64,000 nt of DNA, taken from Octopus sinensis. Its lineage: Eukaryota. Positions 24,868 through 37,305 of this stretch are shown one piece after another. Both the position numbers and the translations under genes were made by a program. The notes under the pieces are model-generated. The model saw only the letters and a program-made list of their open reading frames with translations. It did no database searches and had not been told where the DNA came from. The number at the start of each line of letters is the position of its first letter. Positions within the stretch are counted from its first letter, which is position 1. The stretch covers positions 26,350,001 through 26,414,000 of the forward strand of contig NC_042997.1 of NCBI RefSeq assembly GCF_006345805.1. The letters are read 5' to 3'.

Positions 24868-26688
24868 CGTGTGTGTGTATGTATATATATATGCATACGA
24901 TATATATATGATACATTTATGATGCATATGCTGATATATGCGTGTATATATATGTGTATATACATATGTGTATATACATATGTTTATATGTTAATACAAT
25001 GGAAACAATTGTTGTATTTTTAAGGTCAGATCGAAAATAATAATAAAATTTCCTTCGTACATAGTATTTGTTGTTTTATAAATATATTTGATTGTGTGTG
25101 TGTGTGTGTGTGTAGCTATGTGGTGAGAAGCTTACTTCCCAACCACATAGTTCCAGGTTAAGTTCAGTGGCACCTTGGGCAAGTGTCTTCTACTATAGTC
25201 TCGGGCCGTCCAAAGCCTTGTGAGTGGGTTTTGCAGACGGAAACTGAAAGAAGCTCGCCGTATATATACAAAGAATAAGTCCTGGAGTCGATTTGTTTGA
25301 CTAAAGGCGGTTCTCCAGTATGGCGGCAGTCAAATGACTGAAACAAGTAAAAGAATAAAGGAATATATATATATATACATACACATACACACAAAACACA
25401 CACACACATATATATATACATATACACACATATACATACATGTAAATATAGAGTGATATATGCCCACAAACATACACGCATACGTACATTTATAAATATA
25501 TACAGATATGCATATACACACATACACACACACACTTAATTTCACGTTAAATCAAACTTATTCAAATTTATAGATATTGTACAATAGCCAATACATCACT
25601 TCCTGCTTACATATTGTTGACTATTTACAGATTTATAAGGGAATATATTGGAAGCTAGATCCATATCTAGCCCTTGTTTTTTTTTTTTCTTGTTGGGTTG
25701 GTAAAGAATTGAACGCAATACAAGTATATTATTCGACGAAGGTAGTTTTAGAAATAGTATTTTTGTTGTCAGTTAGTCTAAATTGTTTTTAAACAATGTA
25801 TAGAATTTCAACAGAACAAAACTAAAATAAGTTATTTGTAGACTAAGTAAAAAAAAATAAAAAATTTATGTTGAAAAAAAATGATTAAAGGAACGAAAAG
25901 AAAAGTAACAATACATAGAAATTTATATAAACTGCACGTAAGAAAGAAGACTGACACGCGGAAGAATTTTAATTCATGAGAACGATAACTATCTGTCAGA
26001 AATAAATAAGTGGAAGCATAATATGCTTTGATGACCAAGCTATTAACACTTGATCTTATTCTAACGAGAAGATACACTACTTGAAAGACTTATGTATTGA
26101 CTAAACGATATCGATGCACAGGGTAATATTCTTGGGTTAATTATTTGAACCATATCAGTAAATATATGCATAGTGTTAATTCTCTTTGATATTTTCTAAA
26201 GGAAATATTACAGGATTATCAAAGAGGAGTGATATTGCTGGCACATATCTTTAATGCAGACGTGTGGTTATGGTGATTGGGTGAGGAAAATGTGCGACTA
26301 AATCAAGAGGAAGACAACACATGGTCGTTTTGAATAAAGGAGATAATACAATATTATGTAATTTGTGTGAGTGAATGCGTTTTACTGATTGACGGCTTAC
26401 AAATTCTAACTAAATAAATACATATCTTTGTAACCAGGTGAATAAATATTTCAGTTGGCGACTATAGGGGGGGATGGAAGGGGTATTAGAGAGGAAGAAC
26501 GGCCAGTGTGTAAAGTATGGAAATCGAAAGAGAGAGTATAGCAAGGAAAATAATGAGATGTAAAATGTAAGAGTTAGAAAACCATTGTAAATGGAATTCT
26601 TGTTTTATAACTAAACGTTTTTGCGTCTACTTTGTTTTATAATATGAGTTCCACTGTCCATTCTATATAGGTGTTGAACATCGTCATC

Positions 26689-26921
26689 TGGCGGCGAGCT
26701 GGCAGAAACCTTAGCACGCCGGGCGAAATGCTTAGCGGTATTTCGTCTGCTGTTACGTTGTGAGTTCAAATTCCGCCGAGGTCGACTTTGCCTTTCATCC
26801 TTTCGGGGTCGATAAATTAAGAACCAGTTACGCACTGGGGTCGATGTAATCGACTTAATACCTATGTCTGTCCTTGTTTGTCTCCTCTGTGTTTAGCCCC
26901 TTGTGGGTAATAAAGAAATAG
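26689..26921 (+). mobile_element. SINE family B
   Basis: ggcggcgagctggcagaaacc...gtgggtaataaagaaata. Confidence 0.9.
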
Positions 26922-27260
26922 GTTTCCGCGAATATTTTACTGATATCCATCCGTACTATGCCGAGAGAGCCCTCAAACCAATAACCCATTTCACTAACTT
27001 GCCTGGCCACTCAAATGACTTCCAGTTGCAAATGAGAAACGGGGGAAAAAAAAAAGACAAAGCGTCTCCTATTCAACACAAACATTCGCGCCACAAAACA
27101 GTACACCCCAGCTTCCCTTTCTAAACTCAACCGCAGTATTCACCTCAACCCCTTCCTTAAATTAAGATTTTCTCAAACCGCCTTTTTGTAATGGTCACGG
27201 GTATGCTTGGATATATGAATGCATATTCTCCTTCATACTTCTTAGTTGCGTATGTACATA

Positions 27261-27640
27261 CACTTGCGTCAGAAATTAATTAGCACTTCTCAAATTTCTA
27301 CATTAAATAGGTTAAATCAATTAACCTATGAGCTGTTCAAAACGTCTTACGCGATGAGAAAACTTAGTATGGTGTGATTTCGGTCCTTGCGAGGCGCTAC
27401 CTATATCTATTAAACAAAGGAAGATTTGTCTGCATCCGCACTCCAAGTTGTTGTTGCACTGCTATGTCAACATCATAAGGCTGTAGACTCTCAAACTGCT
27501 CTGCAAACAAAGTTACGTCATCGTTCTGCGCAACAGTGAACTCGCAACAAAGCAATAGTTCGAGATATGGCCACTAGGTGACAGCACATACCTTGAGTGA
27601 AGAGCAAATCAAGGGTGCTAATTAATTTCTGACGGTAGTG
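27261..27640. mobile_element. Tc1-type MITE
   Basis: 26-bp TIRs CACT(TG/AC)CGTCAGAAATTAATTAGCAC with 2 mismatches, and TA on both sides (27259-27260, 27641-27642). Confidence 0.85.
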
Positions 27641-27895
27641 TATGTGTGTATGTTTGTATGTGGGTATGTGTATGTACATATGAAGGATGCTATCTATGAA
27701 CATGTGATTTATATTACTGACCAATATTCAGCCTTTCGTAGAAGCTATATTTTCTTGATGCTGTGTGGGTATTAGTTCCCTGCTCTCTAAACTCACGACT
27801 TTTCTCTTCCCGCTGTCTTCGTCTAGCTTCTTCTACCTTGGCCTTGCATTATGCTTTAACTCTACCATTCTTAACTTTCTCTTACTTTGCTCACT

Positions 27896-28061
27896 TAGGC
27901 GGAGCAGTGGCTGTGTGGTAAGTAGTTGGCTAACCAACCACATGGTTCCGGGTTCAGTCCCACTGCGTGGCATCTTGGGCAAGTGTCTTCTGCTATAGCC
28001 TCGGGCCAACCAAAGCCTTATGAGTGGATGTGGTAGACGGAAACTGAAAGAAGCCTGTCGT

Positions 28062-28143
<82 letters not shown>

Positions 28144-28330
28144 TTGTCCCCCTAGAATTGCTTGACAACCGATGCTGGTGTGTTTATGTCCCCGTTACTT
28201 AGCGGTTCGGCAAAAGAGACCGATAGAATAAGTACTGGGCTTACAAATAAGAATAAGTCCCGGGGTCGAGTTGCTCGATTAAAAGCGGTGCTCCAGCATG
28301 GCCGCAGTCAAATGACTGAAACAAATAAAT
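27896..28330 (+). mobile_element. SINE family A
   Basis: Full consensus. Confidence 0.9.
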
Positions 28331-28605
28331 GAGTAGCACACTACACACAGTGCTCAAATTTCTTCTGGCATGCATCATCCATCTCCACATTACACTTCTC
28401 CTATAAATGAAAAAAAACTTTCTGTAAGTACTTGTTTCTGGACTTGCACATTCTTTGTCTATGAGTCTCTTTACTTTCTGCAAATTCTCCACCTGAAGCA
28501 TTAAATCTTTCTCCGTCCATTTCATATCTCTCAAACTTTTGACCCTATCGTCCCACGTCTTTCAGGATGGTAGATAAAATGGTAGCAACGCTACTATTTT
28601 ATCTA

Positions 28606-28928
28606 AAAAAACGTCTATAAATGTTGCCGTTTTCAAGCCTAGCCAGGCTCATGGGCCCGGTTTCCCGGTTTCTGTGGCGTATGTGTTCCCCCCAGCTGGA
28701 CGGGATGCCAGTACATCGCAGCGCTACTCAAGAAACAGGAAGAGAGAGTGAGAGAAAGTTGTGGCGAAAGAGTACAACAGGGGTCACCACCATCCACTGC
28801 CGAAGCCTCGTGGAGCTTTTTAGGTGTTTTTGCTCAATAAACACACACAACGCCCGGTCTAGGGATCGAAACCGCGATCGTCCGACCGCGAGTCCGCTGC
28901 CCCAACCACTGGGCAATTGCGCCTCTAC
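28606..28928 (-). mobile_element. SINE family C, tail type 3
   Basis: Family C head and body with tail ...catcccgtccagctgggg...gaaaccgggaaaccgggccc. TSD ac(t/c)attttatcta at 28593-28605 and 28929-28941. Confidence 0.9.
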
Positions 28929-29393
28929 ACCATTTTATCTACCATCCTCAGTCTCAGTACAATGATCCGAAACTTTATATTCTTGAATATTTCTGACACA
29001 TCTAGCACATCTATGATCTCTACAATGAAATAATTGTTGCAAACACCGTTTCCTCAGATTTCACTTTTATTCATTCAATCTTTTGTAAACAACAGCGTCG
29101 TGAATAATAGTGCTGTGAGAGAGTTGTACTAAGATAAGGTTCCGACGAGCCGATTGGTAGCTGACTGCATTCCCAGTGGTCAAAAGTATCCGAGCACTCG
29201 ATTATTCGAAAACTTGTATTGCGTTCGCTGAGGTTGTCCATATGGCAGGGTCAAGAATATTGTGTCATTTTAAAAACAGGGGGCAGGATATTTCTAACCG
29301 AAGTGTGGGTATTAGCATATTTAATGTGTGTGTGTGTGAGTGAGTGCGTATTTGTGTGTGTGTGTGTGTGTGTGCATTTGTGTCTGTGTGTGA

Positions 29394-29441
<48 letters not shown>

Positions 29442-30040
29442 TAGCATGTCCATGTGTGTGAGAGCATGTTTTGTGTGTACGTCCGTGTGTGTCTGTGTGT
29501 TTGCATCAATAGTTCACATTCCTTTTAATGGCCGATCAGATCCGAAATCTGGATATTTTAGGGGGCATCAAAAGTCGAGTAAGGAAAAAAATTACCATGC
29601 TTATAGAGGGAAGACTGTCGGAAGGATGCTTGAAGGCTGCATACCACCCTGGGAGCCGCGGATGATAACCTTTGGTCTAAAAGCATTAACATGCTGGCTT
29701 TCGACGTCCTTCCTACTTACTGCACATGTGGACTTCAAGTTTCGAAACTATATTAGCGATAGATTTTCTAGAAATTAGTTAAAGTGATTTTTAGAGTTCT
29801 TTGTTACCATTGGTGACTTAGTTTCATGCTCCTAAGCTAGAGTTTATTCGAGTTTCGGTATGTGTTCTATAACATCTGTTTAACCCATATGAAAAAAATC
29901 CTCGAGTTTATTAAGGTAAAATTAGCTATAATAGAAGACACTTACTCAAGGTGCTATGCAGTGGGATTGAACCCGGCACCATATAGTTGGGAAGCAAGCA
30001 TCTTACCACATAGCCACGCTTGCGCCTAAACACATGCGTG

Positions 30041-30074
<34 letters not shown>

Positions 30075-30179
30075 CACGCACACACACACGCACACACATA
30101 TATATGCATACATACATGCATTTAAACACCTATATGTATGTATCCAATTTATCAGTATTTTTATTTAATTTATCTACAG

Positions 30180-30672
30180 ATATGCGTAGGAGTTGGTGTG
30201 CTTACCAACCACATGGTTCCGGGTTCAGTCCCACTGCGTTTCACCTTGGGCAAGTGTCTTCTATTATAACCTCGGGCTGACCAAAGCCTTGTGAGTGGAT
30301 TTGGTAGTCGGAAACTGAAAGAAGCCCATCGTATATATGTATATACATATATGTGTGTTTGTGTATGTTTGTGGGTCTGTGTTTGTCCTTCCCAACATCG
30401 CTTGACAACCGATGCTGGTGTGTTTACGTCCCCGTAACTTAGCGTTTCAGCAAAACAGACTGATAGAATAAGTACCACGCTTGCAAAGAATAAGTCCTGG
30501 GGTCGATTTGCTTAGCGGATACTTAGCGGTTCGGCAAAAGAGACCGATAGAATAAGTACTGGGCTTACAAAAGAATAAGTCCCAGAGTCGAGTTGCTCGA
30601 CTAAAGGCGGTGCCCCAGCATGGCCACAGTCAAATGACTGAAACAAGTAAAACGAGTAAAAGAGTAAAAGAG
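30180..30672 (+). mobile_element. SINE family A with duplicated 3' domain
   Basis: cttagcg...ggggtcga segment present twice (~30438-30510 diverged; ~30522-30600 near consensus). Confidence 0.85.
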
Positions 30673-31329
30673 AGATATGTCTGTACGTGAGGGCGTGTTC
30701 TCGCGCATATATGTATCATGACGTGATTGCCATGCTACGACTTATTTTAGTTTTAAAGCAGATCTGTATTGAGATATTATTGCTTAAAAATATTCAAAGT
30801 TCAAAATTTTAAATCGTTTGATCGTCAAAAGTACAAAACAAGCAAAGAAACCTGTAGCTAACTGATAAGAGGGAAATTATGTTTGGTATAGTAATAGTGT
30901 AGTCTTTTTTCTAATGCAATTCAGTATATACTAAAATTTGAAGTAGGCAATATAATTTAGAAATGATGTCACAAATGGCATAGGAAATAACTGATCCCAG
31001 TAAACATGGATTATTCTAAATCCTGAATAGGAAGTATTCATAATAAAATTTTGAAATTAACATCAGCGAAACAGAATTTGTAATTTTAATTTAGAAAATT
31101 TAACCTTAAGGGCTTTGTTTTAATGAATTTACAATATTAGTAAAATTTGATTTAGCCAATATTATTTTGATAATATTTAGAATATCTCGACGGTGAAAAG
31201 AAATACTAGAATCATTTTCATGTGGAAAGGACACATTGGATATCGTAAACGTCATCTACTATAGCCTTGGGCCGACCAAAGCCTTGTGAGTAGATTTGGC
31301 CTACGGAAACTGAAAGAAACCGGACGTGA

Positions 31330-31399
<70 letters not shown>

Positions 31400-31832
31400 A
31401 CACATACACACACACATGATTCACCATTTTGGACCACGGAACTCAACAAGTTTTTATTTTTCATTCTCTCTGTTTGTTTCCTCTTATTCCTTCCTGTCAA
31501 AGAGCGTAGGCTCGAAACGTAAAAGATTTTTTTCATTTCTCTCGTGCGTCAAACAACACTTACTTGTTGTTCTTATAGATGTCTTTGTCTTTGATTTTCT
31601 ATAAATTTGAACTATGTATATATATATATGTGTGCGTGTGTTTATCTTCATCTTTGTTCCCCTCCACCACTTGGAAACCGGTGTCTGTTTATGTCACCAT
31701 AATCTACGAGTTCGGTAAAAGTGATCTATACAATAATTATCACTGTTTAAAAAATGAGTTCTAGAGCCGATTCGTTTGACTAAACCCTTCAAGAGGGTGT
31801 CCAATGACTGGCATACGTAAAAGGTAAGATAA

Positions 31833-31997
31833 AAGTATATTTGCCACTTAAATGTGGCTAACACTTAAGGGTAAATGCTACTGATAGGGTACAGAAAGTG
31901 TGTCAATAGCCAGCTGGAGGAGGTGTTCACCTGGGGCTACAAGCTACAGTAACATTCACCCTTAAGGGTTAGCCACATTTAAGTGGCAAATATACTT
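31833..31997. mobile_element. 165-bp hairpin/MITE
   Basis: aagtatatttgccacttaaatgtggctaac (30 bp) is perfectly inverted at the right end, with ~20 bp of further imperfect pairing. Confidence 0.85.
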
Positions 31998-32274
31998 CAT
32001 GATGTTTATACCTCACTCAGAGATTTATTATAAGATAAAAGATTAGGCTAGAATGGCAGAATCCGTTGACCATGTTCTAAATACAAAATGGTATTTCATT
32101 ACGTCTGTTAACGATCGATTTACCATATTTCTTTTACCAGGGTTGATGAAATAAGTAGCATTCTACTGTTTATGAGGTCAATATAAATACATTCCCGAAT
32201 GCTGTAACCTAGCGTGGTCACAGTGCCATGGCTGATACCAGTCAGAGATTGTTATGGTTTGGTACTCATATTAC

Positions 32275-32697
32275 TCTTTACTCTCTTTTACTTGTTTCAG
32301 TCATTTGACAGCGGCCATGCTGGAGCACCGCCTTTAGACGAGCAAATCGCCCCCAGGACTTATTCTTTGTAAGCCTAGATTCTATCGGTCTATCTTGCCG
32401 AACCGCTAGGTTACGGGGATGGAAACACACCACCATCGATTTATAAAAACAAATCATGAATAGAAATTTTTTTTTATAATTTTGGTAAAAGGCCATCAAG
32501 TTCGGGTGTTGGCGTGGGTAGCGGAATACGTCGACACGTCGACACCACTGCTCAGCTGGTACTTGATTTATCGATCTCGAAAGGCTGAAAGGCACAGTCG
32601 ACCTCGACGGAATTTGAACACAGAATGTGCAGACAGACGGAATGCCGCTAAGCATTTTGCCCGGCTTGGTAACGATTCTAGAAGCTCACCGCCTTAT
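32275..32697 (-). mobile_element. SINE A 3' half (32275-32440) and diverged SINE B (32500-32697)
   Basis: Reverse-complement consensus matches. Confidence 0.75.
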
Positions 32698-33217
32698 GTA
32701 CGTGAATAAGTATTAAATGACAATAATGACCGAAGTTGTAATCGTTTGTTACACTGCGTGTATAAAAGTCTCAATATCATGAGAAGATGGTTAAACGAAT
32801 TGAGAAAATTAAATGATATAAGAACTAGACAGGTTATTACTGTGAACAGTGTGCATCAACAATTTTAATTATGATCTCTGAAACAAAGTATCAATTATTC
32901 CAGACGGATTAATTGATATCACAAACAACGTCCAATTTAAACATGGAGCAAGAAAGATTAGAGTTTAGAATTATTATGGGTTGATTATCGTATGAAAGGA
33001 AAAAACAAAATCAAGCATGATACATCAACACAAATAGCTAACTTGAATAGAGTAGGGAAAATGAAAGGAAGGTTAAAATGAACAAGTTTAGTGCAAGCAT
33101 GGACAGAATAAGGAAGGAACTTTAGAGTGGGGAAAGTTAGAGTAAGAAAGTTTAGCGGAAGTGAGTTGAGAACCGGTAAGTTCGTGCAACGATGGTTACA
33201 ATAAAGAAGTTCATGTC

Positions 33218-33595
33218 TTTTACTCTTTTACTCTTTTACTTGTTTCAGTCATTTCACTGCGGCCATGCTGGAGCACCGCCTTTTAGTCGAACAAATCGAC
33301 CCCATGACTTATTCTTTGTAAGCCTAGTTCTTATTCTATCGGTCTCTTTTGCTGAACCGCTAAGCTACGGGGACATAATCACACCAACATCCGTTGTCAA
33401 GCGATGTTGGTTGGTGGGGGGACAAACACAGACACACAAACACACACACACATATACATATATACGACGGGCTTCTTCCAGTTTCCGTCTACCAAATCCA
33501 CTCACAAGGCTTTGGTCGGCCCGAGGCCATAGTAGAAGACACTTGCCGAAGGTGCCACGCAGTGGGGCTGAACCCTACTTACCACACAGCTATAC
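33218..33595 (-). mobile_element. SINE family A
   Basis: Reverse complement of the consensus. Confidence 0.85.
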
Positions 33596-33699
33596 TTGTA
33601 TATAAAATACATGAAAAACCTATTGAGAAAGAAGATCAATTAGAGCAAGAAGGTTCATACTGAACGCTATTACAATTAATGATAAGAAATATTTGTAAT

Positions 33700-34011
33700 T
33701 TTGTTTTTTTTCGTGACCGACTAGGCTATCAGATGTTGCTACACATCGCTGGTCACAATGCGTCTTGGCATTGTTTTAGCCTTCGAATGACGCCACCCCG
33801 CTGGCTAAGCGAGCAGGCCAACAGAAGAAAGAGTGAGAGAAAGTTGTGGCGAAAGAGTACAGCAGGGATCGCCACCACCCCCTGCCGGAGCCTCGTGGAG
33901 CTTTAGGTGTTTTCGCTCAATAAACACTCACAACACCCGGTCTGGGAATCGAAACCGCGACCCTACGACCGCGAGTCCGCTGCCCTTACCACTGGGCCAT
34001 TGCGCCTCCAC
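33700..34011 (-). mobile_element. SINE family C, tail type 2
   Basis: Family C head and body with tail ttctgttggcctgctcgcttagccagc...gtcggtcacg. TSD atttgtaat at 33691-33699 and 34012-34020. Confidence 0.9.
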
Positions 34012-34227
34012 ATTTGTAATATAGCCATAGCCATACTGCCTGAAATTTAGTGGCAGTGGAGCTAGTCGATTATATTGTTACCAGTGCCTGACTGTTACTC
34101 ATTTTATCAACACCGAAAAGATGATAAAAAGGTGCAGCTGACTTTTTCGTAGGATTTAAGCGTAGAATGCGCGCACTAACGATTCTGCTAGCTTGCTGTC
34201 TAAATGGTAATAGCAATACTAGACGCA

Positions 34228-34512
34228 GGCTCGCGAGGTGTCTCATCTGAACTGATTGGAAGTATTATCACGTACATGTTGGGCTACTCGACCTGAAGAA
34301 AATTTTAACTGGGCCCTACCTGCAAGGTAATGCACTGTTTATCTTGATATAAAATCTCAATGCCATGCACATATGGTTGTGATGCAAGTGGCTGTGATGC
34401 ATATGCCCAGCATGATTACCCATCAGGTAGTTATGATAGATATATTGGGCCTCGTATATGTATATGTGACACTCAGTGTCACTTTGATGGCATGCGTTGT
34501 TCTCTCACTCAG
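34228..34512 (+). mobile_element. 3' half of the ~550-bp non-coding (AAT)n-flanked module
   Basis: Matches the 3' half of 42666-43226 and ends ctctcactca before (TGA/TAA)n. Confidence 0.75.
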
Positions 34513-34753
34513 TGATGATGATGATAATAATTGTTGTTGGCATTCTTTTTGTCTTGGGAGACAATGGAGTTGCGCATAAAATAATCTAGTCCGGCTTTTA
34601 CATTTCATGCCCTAATACATCTCCTGCTGTGGCTGTGTAGTCCTATCCTGGACAAACACTCCCTCTGGCAGGTGCCGCAAATATAGCGAAGTCTTTGCCT
34701 GGTTGGTTGTAATGTCATAGTTTCTTGTTAACGTCTTTTCTTGTCTTTCCATT

Positions 34754-34831
<78 letters not shown>

Positions 34832-34931
34832 GTCACTCTTTTACGGTACGTCGCCAATCTCCACGGTTCCCAGTTGCTAATATTGATGTTGCAGGCCTTC
34901 ATGTCCCTTTTGCAAACATCCTTGTATCGTA

Positions 34932-35001
<70 letters not shown>

Positions 35002-35022
35002 ATAATAATAATAATAATAATA

Positions 35023-35450
35023 ATAGAGTAGCACAATGTATTCACTGGATAATTTTCAAAGACTTGAACCTGCACCATGATAAAACAAGTGGGAGCACAA
35101 ACCACCTCCAGTGCTTGCACATCCAGCGACAGAAAGATAGATGCAAAATTACCTGACATTATACTGAAGAATTTCAGAGAAAAATAATGCTTACTCATCG
35201 ATATAACTATCCCAATCGACATAAATGTATCTTACCAAAAACTGAGCAAATATAAAGATTCTGAAATGCAAATTGGCAAAATGAGGAACCCCAGAACTAA
35301 AACAATACCTGTTGTCATAGCTGCTCTAGGAATGATAGCATAAGAGGCTGATTGCTACCTATCTCAGATACTACGAAATCTAAAAATGGAAAAAATTCAA
35401 AATATAGCGCACATGAGATTTGCTGATATCCAAAGAAAAATATCCTAAGA
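35023..35450 (+). mobile_element. R4/Dong LINE 3' fragment (restriction-like endonuclease)
   Basis: PDIILK...LLIDITIPID.NVS.QKLSKYKD...KTIPVVI.ALG remnants after (ACT)n(AAT)n. Confidence 0.75.
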
Positions 35451-35454
35451 TTGC

Positions 35455-36247
35455 ACATTATTTACATTTGACAGATATTTGTCCTCATCTTGTTTGTTGT
35501 TAACACAACGTTTCGGCTGATATTCCCTTCAGCCTTCATCAGGGGTCTTGGGGAAATTTCGAACCTGGGTTCTCCTTCCCGAGGTGTTTTTCGCTGTTAT
35601 TATTATTATTATTATTATTATTGAGTGAGAGAGCAGTGCATGCCATCAAAGTGACACTGGGGTAAAATATACGAAGCCCAATATACCCATCATGACTACC
35701 CGTCTGATAAAGGTACACCAGGCACATGCATCACAACCATATGCGCGCGACATGGTAATCTCATATCAAGATAAACAGCACATGACCTTGCAGGTGGGGC
35801 CCAGTTAGAATTTTCTTCAGGTTGAGTAGCCCATCCCGCTCAAAAGGTCTCTGAATAAGGGTTGTTTAAGGATGTTGAAAGAACCACCCATGTTTCCAGA
35901 GGTGAATTATTCAAACCCCAAAGAATCCCCCCCAACACATGGCCATGATGCTCCCCACTACTTCTGCTCGTGATCAGAGATGCACATATCGTCAGCCACT
36001 AAGGGACATGCTCAACTGGTTAAGGTCAAACAACTGACAAGCAAATCTGTGGTATTGAGCAGAATATTTGCTGTAGCCCATCTTTTATACCAAGACAAAA
36101 CAACGTACATGATAACACTTCCAATCAGTTAAGATCAGAAGCCATGAGAGCCACTGCCTGGTACTGTATCAGGGCATTTATTATTATTATTATTATTGTT
36201 GTTGTTGTTGTTGTTACTATTTTTATTGTTGTTGTTGTTGCTGCTGC

Positions 36248-36307
<60 letters not shown>

Positions 36308-36348
36308 CATTATTGTTATTGTTATTGTTGTTGTTGTTATTGTTGTTG

Positions 36349-36409
<61 letters not shown>

Positions 36410-36483
36410 TGTCACTGCCTGGAATCGAACTCGGAATCTTGGGAATAGTAGCCCGCACTCTTAACCACTACACCATAAGCCCA
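35455..36483 (-). mobile_element. tRNA-headed hammerhead SINE-like element carrying an inserted ~550-bp module
   Basis: Head 36408-36483 (A box tggtgtagtgg, B box gagttcgattcc); (AAT/AAC)n 36177-36407; module 35630-36176; (AAT)n; hammerhead 35502-35547; tail. Confidence 0.8.
35502..35547 (-). ncRNA. Minimal type-I hammerhead motif, core intact
   Basis: GACCC-CUGAUGA-A-GGCUG(10 nt)CAGCC-GAAAC-GUU-GUGUU; stem III is the palindrome AACGUU. Confidence 0.7.
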
Positions 36484-36489
36484 TGGGAG

Positions 36490-36988
36490 GCTGCTGAACA
36501 AGGGTGACCTAAAAAAGAATACCGAAAGCCTAATCATCGCGGCCCAGGACCAGGCATTGAATACCAACTCAGTGAAAAAGAATATATGCCTCACAAGAAA
36601 CAAGATGAGGACAAATATCCATCAAATGTAAATAATGTAAATAATGTATATAATTGGTCATCTCTTAAATATCGAACTGTATCCTAAGTTTGTAATCCTC
36701 AAAATATTTTAATCTGTAAACAGTATCAAACTAATTTTCAATGTACATAATAGCAAACACATTTTACTATCATCTTAACATCACACTATCATCTTATAAT
36801 TAAATTACTTTCAGAACAAACTTCTAATTTTCTTACGTTTTGACAGACACACTCTAGAACAATACTCTGTGCAAAACCCAATACATTGTATCCTAGTCAT
36901 GGTACCAACTTGAACTACTAACTTGTCTCTTGAGGTCTCTTGGTGTGACGTAGATTCAACTTGTACAAATACCAAGCAAAAACTAAAA

Positions 36989-37072
<84 letters not shown>

Positions 37073-37305
37073 TATTAATGATAATAATAATAATAATAAT
37101 GATGATGATGATGATGATGATGATGATGTTGAAGATAAGGCTGGAGTACTTGCAGAAAATAGCACTGCTTGGAACTACTCGAATACTCCGGATGGTGCTC
37201 GAAAAATAAGGTGTGTTACCTTAGTTCACTTGTAGTGAACAGCTGGCACCGTAGTACATCTGTAGCGTTAGAAACTGTGCAAAGACAATAAATAATACTA
37301 ATAAT
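36490..37305 (+). mobile_element. Short R4/Dong fragments and 3' UTRs separated by (TAA)n
   Basis: EQGDLKKNTESLIIAAQDQALNTN (~36495-36590), hammerhead-element tail 36597-36681, R4 3' UTR 36682-36990, KIRLEYLQKIALLGTTRILRMVLEK* + UTR 37130-37305. Confidence 0.7.

Noticed and set aside
28241-28534. Minus-strand ORF MKWTEKDLMLQVENLQK...
   Set aside because: It runs into a SINE, has no splice signals or motif I recognise, and is probably old repeat debris.
36408-36483. Possible tRNA gene
   Set aside because: A and B boxes are good but the acceptor stem does not pair; it is a SINE head (same for 12864 and 33940-34011).
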